From: the human T2T-CHM13v2.0 reference genome, Homo sapiens
Length of the DNA stretch: 64,000 bases
Assembly (NCBI RefSeq): GCF_009914755.1
Contig: NC_060929.1
Reading direction: 5' to 3' (one strand)
Position numbers and translations under genes: made by a program. Each line of letters starts with the position of its first letter. The first letter of the stretch is position 1. This document shows, piece by piece, positions 29,300 to 43,653 of the stretch. Under the pieces are notes generated by a model. It ran no database searches. It was given only the letters and a program-made list of their open reading frames with translations, and was not told the DNA's origin.

Positions 29300-31839
29300 T
29301 TAAATCCAGCTTCAGATCCTTAATAGTAACCAACATCTGTATTGCAAGATTACATTTTCTTTTCCTAATTTCTTTCCACGTAGGAATCAAGTGTGACATA
29401 CGGAGCCATAGAATTACAAATTATGTGAATAATGGCTTTTCTTTTGAGATTATCACTGACTCCATACAAGAAAATTTTCATTCCTACTCTCAGCAATACA
29501 CAGCAGGTAATGCTGCAGATAAAGGGAGCAACCAGGTTTGTGTTTTGCTTATTTATTTTTTCACTGAATCTAAGCAATTCATATTATTTTACTGCTTTGT
29601 CTACATATATCTGGCCTCATCTACAATATTACAGGCTTACAGAAAAGAAGACAATGTTTTATACCCAATAATTTGTATCTGCCTTGGCATGAGGTTGGAC
29701 TTTATCTATGAAATTGAATTGAAAATACTATTTGAAAGAAAAATTAAATGGAAACACTTTTTAATCAAATAAATTCATACACTTGAAAAATTATGAATCT
29801 GTCATTCAAATGATAGTAACTAACATATTTGAAAGACTGCAGTTCTAATAGTGTGCTCAAAATTCAGAGACATAAAAATATTAGTTAAATAAAATATATT
29901 GTCAAATTGCTACAAATCCCAAATATAATTTCATCTAGTTTATGAGATATTGAGTTAACTTTAGAGCCAGATTACTTGTTTACTAAACCAGTTCTGTATT
30001 TCCAAAAGGGCTCATTATTTTAAAGCATTTATGAAAAGGAAAAGAGATTTTTTGTGTGGATAGTTATTTATTTTTCTATTGAAAATAAAATTAAAGATAG
30101 TCAGAAAATATTAATGTCAGACATAGTTGAAAAGTGAGATTATCATTACATTTTCCTCCCATATTTTAGGATTGTAAACTTTTCACTGTTTTTGGTTTTG
30201 AGTGTATGTTGTATCTATCATTTGAAAAAGCAACCATGACTTAAAAACAGGCAAAACAACAACAAAATTAAAACGTGTGATTTCTTACAAGATTCCTTGG
30301 CATATTGTTTACTTATATATAATTTAGAGTTATTTAGAAATGGTCTGAGAATACTGTGTAAAAAATACCCTACAAAATTGAAAATTTAATGAAACAACTG
30401 TTAAATAAGGCATTTAATAGCTTAAGGGTACAACTGAAAAGATATCAGTGATTTATCATACCTTTGAGTTTTATGGAATACTGAAGTACCCTATGATATT
30501 ATTCCAGGTTTCAAAGTTCCTAAATTTTAATCTAGGAGAGATATAGGAAGCGTAAGCAATAATTCAGCAGATGGCACTCATGCCCTTAGGTCTAGAATCA
30601 AACTCAATCTAAAGATGTTGGTTTCACACCTAAGTATAGAAATAGCACTTAGATATCTGTAGAAATTATTTATCATAATACCAGAAAGGGCAGCAAGTAT
30701 ATTTGCAGTGGGGTGGTAGAGTGGGATGAGCAAGCTCATATGATTCACAGTAAAGAACTGATACAGTTGAATCTGTCAGTAACCCTGAGTCTAACTAACA
30801 GTGTTCCATACCACTGTCATTGGCTTTTCTGCAAAGTCAGTAATTATCATTTTTGGAGAAACTATCGTTCCTTGTGGTTTAAAACTTTTAAAAATATGTT
30901 CACACTTGCAGAGTCACACTTAGTCTTCTTTCTCCTGAGATATTTGACAAATACCCATTAAGGAAAAGCCATGTGAAATGATATTGAAAGGTGTTTCATG
31001 GAGGGCAAACATGTTTCCGTTTTTTATATACTTGTTTTGGTGTAGAAAGCAATATGAGATGGAATCCCAATAATGCTTCTTTTTTATCATCAATCCTATG
31101 ATACTAAATCAATTTCCCATCAAGTATATGAAAACTATAGAACGACCCTGTGGGAGAAAAATCAGAATTAAGACTATTTTTAAAATAAATGTCTTGTCCT
31201 GCTAAAGCACAGTAATATATGGTCCTTTCCTTTACCTTTCATAAATTGCATAAAGTTTTGAATTATTTGGTCAGAATCACAATAATGTAAATTTTTCCTA
31301 TTCACAGTGTGTCATAGTAAAACTGTTAATACACAAAATTTGCCAATAGATTATGTTCTAAAAACAAACCAATAATGCTAAACTTTCAAAGTAGGAAAGC
31401 TTAGGAAAAGTAAATTTGATTTCTGTATCTTAATGCCATACAAATTTATTGAATGTTAATGGAATAATTTCAGAAACAGGAGTTAAAACTGCACTTGTAG
31501 TCCAACAAAATATCAGTAGCTTTCATTCAAAATTTTAGTCGTCTAAATGTTTAGACTACACAACACCCAATACATTGGGCAGACTGGAGGTCATAGTCAA
31601 GATTCATTTTGAATAATAAGAGACATACTCTATCCTCCTCACTCAAGGAAAGAATAAATAGAGAGTCTAAATGGTATCTATATAACTCATGATAGTGTTC
31701 CAGAGACTGTGACTTTGTCTGAGATGCTCCTCGGCTGAAGAGATCCATATTTCTAACATTCAGAGATTGTCGCATGAATCCTAAAATTAATTGGTCCATG
31801 ACTTATGGAATATGTTACCGAGTACAAGTAAGGCATTAT

Positions 31840-32060
31840 AACATGGGGGTCAAGAGTACATACTCAAGTTCCCTAGTTTAAAATCCTTGTTCTGCCACAT
31901 AATAACTACGTGACCATGGACAAGTTGCTTATCCACTGTGCCTCCATTTCCTTAGCTGTCATGTGGAAACATTAATAGTACTTACCTGATAGTAATGACA
32001 GAAGAATTAAAGTTATTACTTGTAAAGTTTATAAAATACTGCCTATACATAGCAATTGTT
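31840..32060 (+). mobile_element. MIR
   Basis: tctgccacataataactacgtgaccatggacaagttgcttatccactgtgcctccatttcc core. Confidence 0.75.
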
Positions 32061-32264
32061 ACGTTAAATATGTTAAATAAAATACACTGGGGAAATGTTT
32101 GTATTGTAGCTTCCTCTTTAAGGTCACGATGCATAATTATATTAAAAGCTCCAATAAAAAATAAACGAAGATATGTCTTGGTAACAAACAACTCCAAAAT
32201 AGCAACAGCTTACAACAAACATTTAATTTTTACTCATATATTATGTAAAATGGTTTCAAATATT

Positions 32265-32425
32265 GGTTCTGACACTTACCAGCAATGCGACCTTGGGCAA
32301 TTGACTTAAGTTTCTGCACATCAGGGTCCACATCTGTACAATGAGAACAATAATAGTGCCAATGTACCAGAGGGCAGCTGTGAGAAATAGATATATTAGC
32401 GCATGCAACATGCTTAACACAATAA
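32265..32425 (+). mobile_element. MIR
   Basis: acttaccagcaatgcgaccttgggcaattgacttaag...catctgtacaatgagaacaataatagt. Confidence 0.75.
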
Positions 32426-34486
32426 CTGGGAGATTGTAAGCATACTATGTTAATTTTATAATTTAAATTCTTTTTCTGTCTTACAAGTGAGGAAACCAAG
32501 ACTCAAAAGATGAGGTGATTTAAACAAAGGTAATCCTGCTATCAAATCAAATGATGAATCAGAGGCTCTCACTAAGATTGAACTAAATTAAATCCCCTTT
32601 GTACTGTTTTGCTTTACATTAATTACTGGGAAATTCTAATTGTTATAAATACCTACAATAATGCTATTGAGATATGTGATCAAGAATTTGTAAAGAAATA
32701 ACTTTTTCCTAGCATGTTATATTTCGGTGAGACATATAATTTGCCGCATTTATATGCACAGAGACAGAATGTGAGAGAATATGAGATGGCAAAAAGTAAA
32801 AATACTGGTCACCATCATTGTGATTTTATGTATTTCCCAGTTCTCATTAATGTCCCACAGTAGGATAGAAGATGGGAACAGTAGGGAAGGAAACATTTAT
32901 CGAGTACTGATAAGGCTTCTTGCACTATGCTGCACCACGCCCTACACCTCACTTACTTCCCAGAACAGCAACCATGTAAAATAGGTATAGTGGCTACAAA
33001 TGTTAATCTTTGATCATGGCAATATTATTCCTAGGCTGATACTTTTTGATGTTCTCTCTGTCACTAATTTCAGCTTGAACCATAGCATAAAGTGGAAAAT
33101 ATTATTTTTCACTTTGTTAATGTCCCATTTTCTAAGAAAGATCTCTCTTGATCAAACTATGGAAAAGAAGTTTCATCCTAGTCATATCACTCATCACTCC
33201 TTGAAACTGTAGTGTACATTGATAATCTGCATCCCTCAACATTAATAGAAGTGTCTTACATGCAGGGGAATTGTCTGTCTCGTTCACCGTTTAATCCCCA
33301 GTGTCTAGGATAGTGCTTGAATGAATGAATTCATCTGAGAATGTAAAATAGAATGAATGAGGCTAAGAGATTTAAGAAATTTATCCAAGCATTCACAGCT
33401 TGTGTGTTGTACAACTGGAATTTGCGCTACAGATTTGAGTCCAAACCCTGTGGGCATCCCATTGTGCCAACTGTTTCCACCTTGCTTCAACAGTTAGTAT
33501 CACTGTTGTCATGGAGAGCAACACAATGTGGTATTAGGTTAAACCATATGGGATGTTTTTCTGAATTTAGTGACAGTAAGTCTATTGTGTGAAGTATATA
33601 AAAGAGCTACACTGCTAATGGGAAGGATATTTTGTTATAGAAGAATCAGTAAGTTCAAAGGCCCATATGTCAGTGGAGAGCACAGGTTTTTCTAGAAACT
33701 GACAAAAGACCAACATGCTTGGAAATTAGTGAGTGACAAAGGGGGGTTTGAAATGAGATTGGAGAAGTAGGCAATGTATAGATTGTACATAGCCCTGCAG
33801 GTCTTGCAAATAAATTCAAATTTTATTCTACATGCAATAGAGATTTACTGGAGATTGTAAGTAGAACAACATAATCTGATTTGAGTTTTTGCAAAGTCAC
33901 TTTGGCTGCTATGCAGAGAATGGACTAGGAATGGACAAAATATAAGTAAAATAAATGCATGCACACACATACACCTTCACACCCTATATGCTGCCTTTGA
34001 GGAATGTGTCAAATGGGAGAAGAGATTATTTTGCACAGGTCCAGAAACATAGTGACAGTGAAGTTTCCATCCAGATGATAGCATCCCAAACCTATGAACA
34101 GTAGAAGGTATTGACTCCCTCCATCACTGTTCAGCTGCCTGCCCTCTGAAGTAGCAAAAATGATCTCACACAAAATGGGATCCTACCCTATTGATAGCAA
34201 CTATAAACCAAATATAATTTTGTATGCAAAATAGTCAGTGCATAACAACAACCTATAAATTTCCTATTATCCAAAAGCATTTTATTCTCTGTACTATGCA
34301 GTTGCTAACAGTCGTTTTCTTTCATTTTCTTTTTTATGACCATGTCATTCTTCCATCCAAAATTCCCCACCAGCTCTCCATTTTCTGTTATTTTCTAGGA
34401 TGAAATTCAAACACTTGAAGTTCCTCATGATCCGATCCCCATAGTCTTCTCCATTCTCAACTTTATCAGCAATCCCTACTCATCCC

Positions 34487-34552
34487 TCTTTCTCTCTTTC
34501 TCTCTCTCTCGTGTGCACACACACATACACATGCACACACACACACACACAC
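34487..34552 (+). repeat. (TC)n-(CA)n compound microsatellite
   Basis: Directly visible. Confidence 0.9.
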
Positions 34553-36149
34553 TGTACTGAGGCAGTAGTGAATATATTTATCACATTCTATTATTTTTCC
34601 CATGTTTAGTATCTTTTGAGAATTTTCATTTTTAAAATTTTTGGTCTGACAAGCTTCTTTTCAATCTTAAAACCTCAGTTATTGTCATCTTCCTCAGAAA
34701 GACATCCCTGGTACTTCCTTAATGGGAGGCAGATATACTTAAAAAAATGTTCTATACTTTTGTGCATGGATATATCAATTTATTATTTATTGAATTATTA
34801 TTTATTTATTACTAGTATTAGTTTTCTGTTGAGGGACTGCATTTCATTTGTTTTATGTTTAATGGGTGTAGTATCATTGGACTCAAGATTGTTTAGCCAT
34901 TCAACAAATATATTCCAGGTTAAATTATACCTTTCATATATATAGATATTCCAAATAACGAACATGCATGCAGAAATAAAGCAGATTATGCATAAACAGT
35001 AGAACCAAGATAACTATTATTAGCCCTTTGTCAATTCCTAATTACCAAAAAGTATTGCAACTTCACAAAACAAAAGAAAATAAATCCTCAGTAGAACTGA
35101 AAATATTCTTCGAAGTTCTAATATTTGTGTTTGTGGTTTTGGAAATCTACATATCTGGCATATATATTATAATGTAAAAAATAAAATGAAGTCAACTAAA
35201 AAGCTTTATTATTTTAAAAAGTAAAACTTGTAAAGAATGTGTTAATGTATTGTGGATACCACCCTCTTTATTGTTTTGATTTAAGCACTTCAAAAATGAT
35301 GTTTCAATTGGGTGCCACCACCACAATTTATAAGGGTTTTGGTCTTTATTCGTTTATTCAATATGCTACCGAACTTTGAAATTTAAGAAACTGTGAGATG
35401 GAACAAAACAATGCACTATTTGTTATTTGAGAAAGCAGTAACTATAAGACTGCTGTCAGTTCTGGCAAACGAGATCACACTTGTGAAGGTACAGGAATAG
35501 GTTTTTTAAAGTCTCTATTCATAATTTTGATAATATGCAATACTTCCTGGACTCAGGACAACAGAAGTGAGGAAATAGAATATACATGCAATAAAGAAGA
35601 AGCCACAGTGAATATATTTATTTTTTTGTTGAACATTATCATTTCTTTCTCAGAATCCTTTGCTTTCTTTCACAAGACCACTGGAATGTCTGCAAATAAC
35701 ATACATGAAAATAGTGTTCTAATGAATTAATTACTTCAGGAAAAGGATCACAGACTTCAGCATAGTTATGTGAATTCCACTAGAGAGCAGATATTTGTGG
35801 GAAGTGTCCTTGTTTTACTTGTTCTCTTCTGTAAACACTGCATCTGAATCAGTGGAGCAAGCCAGGGAGAATCTTGGCATTTGTTGGACTAATGAATGAT
35901 GCATTGAGTATGCAACTTAAAGTTAAATGAAAATAATAGTATTATTTTCAATGGTTACCACATTTGTTGCATTTTCCAATCTGTTTTTTTCCTCTGGAAA
36001 TATATAGCCATATATTTCATTTTTGGGGAACTTTTCATGAATAAGGTGTAGACACATTGTTCCCTCACCCCAAACAGTACGGTATGTATGTTCCACAAAT
36101 AACACTTTCTTGAATAACTATACTATAACTCTCCAGTTCAGAAAATAAA

Positions 36150-37420
36150 AATTGGTACAGTATTACCATTTGAACCTAAATTCCCATTCAAATTTTGTCA
36201 ATTGCTTTAATAATGAGAACTTTATCTTGTTGGCTTTGGGTCTATCCAGAAAAGCAAGTTACATTAATTAATTGTTGCAACAGATTCTTTCATCCTGAAT
36301 CAGTTCCTCAGTGTCTTTCTATCTTACATGTCATTGACAAGTTTAAAGGGGACACGCCCTACATTCTGGAGGATGACCCTTGACGCGGATCCATCTAATG
36401 CTTCTTCGTGTCCTGACTAAGGTCATGCATTTTTGGCAGGAGTGAGTTCCATGGAAATGAGGTGGCACGTTTCTTGGTGCATCACCTTAGGAGACACATG
36501 ATATAGACCAGTCCTTCCCCTGGTGATTTTAACTTTAACCACTTGGAGACACAGGGTCTACTAAGTTCTTACACCTTACAATCACCATTTTTCCATTTGA
36601 ATTATTAGTATATTGTAGGGCAGTATTTCACAATCATGCCATAAATTTATTCCTCAGTGAACCACCACTAAATGGCTTTCATATCCACTGACAGTACCTG
36701 CTTTAACCAACCATTATCTCTGATGGCTGCCAAGTAGCAATTCTCTTACTCCTATTATTCCTTTAAAATTCATTGGCATTCCATTGTAAATAAAAATTGT
36801 ATCCCTACATTTCTTTATTTTTATATATAATAGACTAAATATAATATATAATGATTCTAATAATTAACTCATTTATGATGACAGTATAAAATCATGAGCT
36901 TCTATTTTATTCGTTAGGGTTGCAATACATTTTTGCCATTGGCTATTTTAATGCCAAAATCATCCCATTCAAACTAGCTTCTATATAGTTTTGACATGTC
37001 CCCAACATTCATTGAACATTGCCATAATGTCAGGTGCAACAGAATGTTGCAATCATGCTTTTCCCGCCCTTGTCCTGGAATCAGTCATTTCTCCAAGAAG
37101 CTCTGGCTCCTTTTAGTGAGGACAGCATTTAGAAGCTAAGATTATGGCCCTTGCCATGCTCAATTGTTACAGGGGTGTCATTGCTTCTAGGCCCTTTCAA
37201 TGGACAGAGCTTGTATATAAATGTATACGAATGCATATACAACTATAAATATTTGTTGAATATGTACATTATAAAATCATAAGCCCATAGTGAAACCTCC
37301 AATTTCAATCCAATACCTCATGCTTGTTTTCATTATTATATTTTCTTTGTCTATTAATAACTTCTTTTGCTTTGAAAGGTTCCATTTTATTCTAAATGCA
37401 GTTACTTACTTGCTCAGTGT
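36150..37420 (-). mobile_element. Ancient L1 (L1MC-like) 3' UTR
   Basis: gcatttttggcagg, cctggaatcagtcatttctccaagaagctctggctccttttagtg motifs. Confidence 0.65.
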
Positions 37421-38399
37421 AACCAAACTGTAGCTGTGAAGGCCTCCTTTCTGTCTTTGCCGATCTCCTCCCAGCACTCCCACTGTTGGTCACCAAGCTT
37501 CTGGTCAGGTTATCTGTGTGGATCTCTAATCCTCCCTAAATGCCCTGCATCCCTGGTCACCATCAATCCTGCCAGCCCACACCTCATGTAGCTCTCCAAT
37601 TTTCCTCTCTGTCACCACCTCACATTCTACTTTCCATGTGTTCTCCTCCACATGGTAAAGATTAACAAAAACTGGTAAACATGTTTTAAAAGTTTTTTGT
37701 TCATTGATGATTACTTCGCAAAAGATTCATTAAACATAGCCCATCTGTGCCTTCTTAGAATACCAACTAAAAAAATAAAGAAAAAAAGAAGAAGGAAAAA
37801 TTCTAGCTCTTTCTTTTTTATTTTTGGGTCACATTATTTGAGTCATCTAAAGAAATAATTCTGCAGCTGTGCTTAAGACTTTATCTCTTTGCAGGTCGAG
37901 CCTCAGAATACTAATTAAATTTAAAAAGTGTTTATTGTAGTATTCAAGAAATCTGTCAATTGTAACACCTGGTGTTAGAGTTAAAATGTTGTGATATAAA
38001 TATTAGTTATATAAGCACTTGTAAGTTGCTTTTTTGAGAGCATTCATATAAAATTTTATGATTTTTTAAAAAATAGAATACCAAGTGACCATATATATTA
38101 TATGCAAGGTATAGTCCTTACTTAGGGCAGATTTACTGCCCCCATTCAACAAGAGAACATTGAGACAAATGTATCAAATAGTTTCCTAAAGTCTCAGAAG
38201 TGTCCAACTCTTACAATTTCACTACATAATGCTGCTAACTCTAACATGAAACATGTATCTAGAGATTATCTTCTCTTTTCTTCAAAACATAAATAGTATT
38301 GTGATGATATTCAGATAAAATATTTTTATCCATAAATAATAGAACATGCCATTCAAAGAGGGTCTGAGGAAATTTATTACCTCATACAACAGGAAACCC

Positions 38400-38825
38400 A
38401 GTGCCAGTAACGGTGAAGACGCTAAGATTTTACTCTGCTAGATCAGCTTTTGTGTTGATTTTAACTGCACACTGGTTCAGACAATGCCCTTACATGAAGT
38501 TGGCTGCATTACAGGAGAGAAACTCGAAACTTAGAAAACAAGTCTTCTTCAATGGACGGTAATCTTGCCTAAAGTTTTTTTGTTTTGTTTTGTTTTTTGT
38601 TTTTTTTGTTGTTGTTGTTTTGTTTTTAGGTAAACATTATCTTTACCACACTGAAAACAGTAAGCAAAGCCGCCGTTGGTTCCAGAATGAGACACTATCT
38701 GTATCTTTCAAACTCTTTTGCTATACAAACATCCTTGAAAAAAATGATCAGAATCAAAAGCAGTAAGTGCCTTTGCCTGCACAGAGATTTAAAGATATTC
38801 AAGATACCTACAGAAAATTAGACAC
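38400..38825. mobile_element. ERVL-type solo LTR (MER54/74/89-like)
   Basis: gagacactatctgtatctttcaa...atccttgaaaa block shared with 46250-46760. Confidence 0.55.
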
Positions 38826-40244
38826 AAGCTTCAGCTTGATTTTAGAGTTCATATAGCAAATCAGCAATATTATCATGGACCCAGATGCTCAGTACTTTTG
38901 TCCTCTTTTCTCCTTAGGATATTGGCAGCTGTTACTTACGTTTGCAAGATGTGTTCATCAGTTTCTTGGTACCATATTGGCATATGCCCACTGTAAGTGA
39001 AAAAGAAGGGTGTTCCTACTATTACATGTTTCCTGTGGGTAAAGCCACATAGATAGATTTTCCTGCATGTCTCTCTTCAGTATTGGGCCATACATTCATT
39101 CCTAATCCCCAGGTACCAAAGGGTATGAGACTGATCATGATTGTCAGCCTCCATTTTCCGTTCTGAGCCATTTAAGGGCCAATATCCAAATAAACTGAGG
39201 TACTATGGCAAAAAAAAAAAAAAAAAAAGTAGACAGACGAGGCAACCAGCTGAGACTTTCAGGCTCATGGATTCCAGAAATGTTGCTGCTTCTATGCTCT
39301 ATAAATTTAAAAAATTTCTTTTGCAGCACAGCAGTAGAAAATGGCCTTTCTTTTCCACACAGATTAATAGAATATGAGCAATTACAGAAACCTTATATTT
39401 GGGGCAAACCATAACTAGGGAGCTAGGTGGGTCATGCAGCTTCATCCTAGGGTCTGATAGTTTAAGATTCTTACGCCATTTACAGGGATTCAATTCTAGA
39501 TGTTTCCCTCGTTTTTACCCTGAAGACAAGTGACAATATATATTAGCATTACTATCTCTTTAAGGAACCTTTCTCAAGCTTCTGTTCTAAAGTGCTTCTT
39601 CTTATTTATATCTTTAAAAATATGAGTAGGACTGCTCCTTCTTATATTCGCTTGTGAGCGTATCAGTATCTTCTTCATCAACAAGTCATCTCTTGAATTA
39701 CCAGAGAGCCAATTAGTATGATTCTGAGAGCAACTTATGTTTGAATGGTCTCTAAAAATGTGTTTTATGGAAGGAAAGTGAAAAATATCCATTTGATTAA
39801 TTTAATCACTAAAGATGAAACTTCTTTTTCTTAAAAGTCAATACTTTCCCTCCAGTAGTTTGGCTCTTCTTTTTTGCTAAGCTAAACTTTTATATCCAAG
39901 AGTTCTGAAACACATACCCTACTGTGATATAATGGGATCTTATGAAACTGGGTTACTAAGTATTTCTAGAAACCTAAAGAAGATTCGTTAATCTTTTAAC
40001 CAGAAAAGCCTTAGCAGAATACGATAAAGGCCTTTTTTACTACTTGAAAAGAAGAATGTGTTCTCATGTCTCTCTTCCTTAAGAGAAGTAACTACCTAAA
40101 TTTTTCTATCTGGTTTTAAAATTCTGGTTTGCATTATGTTACATTTAGTTACTAACAGAGGACTTTTTAGTCTTTGATCTTGGACACTGGTTCAAATGTT
40201 TCTTTTGCTGTTTTTTTGTTAGAACTCTTTTCAAAATCATGGCC

Positions 40245-40410
40245 AGAGATAAAAGCCTACACATTGGGTATCGTGTATACTGCTTGAGTGATGAGTGCAC
40301 AAAAATCTCAGAAATCACCACTAAAGAACTTATTCATGTAACTAAACACCACTTGTTCCCCAAAAACCTATTGAAATAATAAACAATAACTAAACAAATT
40401 TTTTAAAAAT
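40245..40410 (+). mobile_element. L1PA15/16/L1PB-like 3' tip
   Basis: ctacacattgggta...aaatctcagaaatcaccactaaagaacttattcatgtaac...; short TSD aaaatcat. Confidence 0.88.
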
Positions 40411-42133
40411 CATAATTTTGCTTTCTACGAAAAAAAAAATCAGAAAGTAAATGTGTCCTAGTTCACATAGTCACCTATTGACTTTGCAGAAGGGAGAAAA
40501 ATGGAATCCTAAAACAGATCTTTCTCCTAGAATAAGTTGCCTTAGAGTACATCAACTAGTAAATTTTGAAGTAGGGTTCAGAAAGCCCTACTTAGCCTCT
40601 ATTACTGTGTGACACTGAAAAAGTTACTTAACTTCTCTGGTGTTTTTGTTTCCTCACCTGTGAAGCACAGGCATTACATTAAATGCTCTCTAAGAATCAT
40701 CATTCCATACAGACTTATTTCAGAATCTGTGGGACTTTTATGATTTGCATTACTTTTATAAACCAGTAGTCAGTATGTTTCCTAGATATGAGAGAATGCC
40801 TCTAATTCTCAAAAAGTTTTGTTTTGTAATGTTTTAATGATTCAGTTCCATGATTTTTATTCCAGTGTTTTTATCTCCATATGTGCAAAACAAAGACTGA
40901 GCTTCCTGACCCACCTTCCTAAAAAACAAGCTATCTATTTCTGCTTTTCTTCTTACTGATCCTATTGCTCTTTTGAAAATAACAAGTTGAATTTAATTGG
41001 AGTAAAATTAGATTTATATTCAGTAGTGTTCTTTTCTATTGAATTTGCTCTCTAAGAGACAAGCAAAACTTTTAATAGAATAATGATAGTAGTAATATGC
41101 ACCACTAGCCACTACAAATTCCCTTTGGAAACAAGTTGAAGTACAAATAAAAATAAGAAAAAATATATTTTCTATAAGCAACCTATTTTAGAGTAATATA
41201 TTTCTAAAATATCCATTTGTTATTTTCTAATTAACATACGTATTTATTAAGCTCACTAGGTAAGCAAAACCGTCACTCTATTTTTCCCTCCAGTCTGTTT
41301 ACTCAGTGTCCGCCATGGTCAGATGAAAACGATGATACTTTCTGCCAAAAATTCTTGTGAGTGGTGGTTCCTGGATATACTATTTAGCATGAAATGATGC
41401 ATTTTATGGGCTTAAAAGAAAACAATATTCCTAGAGAAATAATTTCAGAGACAATAGTCTTTAAAAAAATATATAGATGGTGGTCAAAACCACATGGGTG
41501 CACCTGAATACTAATTCCTTCTACGCTGACTGATTTCTCTCAGAAATTTACTTGGCAGAATAGAGGTGATGAGAATTGTGGCTAGGATATAAATGATAGC
41601 AACAACCACTATTACAATGAGAAAGACAGTTTACCTACAACCATCCCAACAAGAAGACCCTGATAAAATCTAATTCCTCAGCTTGGAACCACACTCAGAA
41701 GTATTTTACAGCCCTTCCTAAAAGATCACAAAGTAAACGTTCCACAGTGAAGATGGGGGATTGTTCAAAAGCTCACAACCTCCTCAGAATTTAGTGTGGT
41801 AGGAAGTTGGGCCAGGAGCTAATGAAGAGGGATACGGACTATTAAAAAAAATTAGACATGCTAAAGGATCCTAAGGCTGTTACTGTTTCCGAAAAAGTGA
41901 TTACTTCCTTTGAAATCAGGGCTATACAGATTTTCACTGATGCAAAACCACTGGCACTTTAGTGTAAATGGTACTACTTTGTTGAAAGTGATCTTGGCTT
42001 CAGTCACAATGCCCAAGTGGGCATAGTGATAAATGTCACTGTGTGCTGTCTCTAACCAGCTTCTAAACGCTAGGAAAGGGGAGCCCTGGGAAAACGCAAA
42101 CTTCCTTGACTACGTAGAATAGACTATGCTCTT

Positions 42134-42482
<349 letters not shown>

Positions 42483-43352
42483 AGAATAGACTATGCTCTT
42501 ATCCTGAGGTACTAAAAGGTCTGCAAAGTGGCAGAGAAACAAAAACTGTCTTCAATGTGGAAGCTGCTGTTAGTGGGAAGATCTGATTAAATCAAAGAGG
42601 TGTCTGCAACTTTGTGCACTTATAAAAGGGTTGTTCTTAAATAAAATTGGAAAACGGGAGGATATTTTTAAATTTTTAATTCATGGAAATTATTTCCTCA
42701 AATATGAGCTTTCTTTTGGTTTAACAGTGAATGTTCTTAATTTCCTTTGATGTTGGTTATGTTCATGGAATGGGCATTGTTGCATGAATAAACACCAGTG
42801 GCTTTTTATTAATAAGTCAGAGAAGTGACTGCTGTAGTAGTTTGGGCTTTCTTATATTTGTTTATTGAATCCCACAAATAAGCTCCCTTATCCATCCTCC
42901 ATATTGATGCCAGGAGGTCATTCAAGAACACAAATACAATCCTGTTTATCTTTGCCTACAACTGCTTAATAATTCCATGTTGCCTAGTGTACAGTGCCTG
43001 TATTCCTTAGATTGCTACAAAAAGCCTTTCACAATTTGGCCTTTGTTTACCTCTCTACATATGTAACTCTGTTCCAGGACAACATATCCACCCTTGAGAC
43101 AAATTCACTCCTGTTTTCCAGCTGTATCAAGCATGCTGAAGTTCTTGGGAAACATGATATTTATATCTCTTTTCCTTTATTACACTTTCAATCTGTATTA
43201 TATTTCCATTTTTCCCTCTAAGAAACTTCTATTCACCCCTCAAAACTTAATTTAGCATCTTCTGAAAAGCCTTCCATGACATAGAATCAATCACTCTTCA
43301 TCTTCCCACATCCTCAGTATCTAGGGCAATCTCTAGCACATGGCAACTTCTT

Positions 43353-43653
<301 letters not shown>

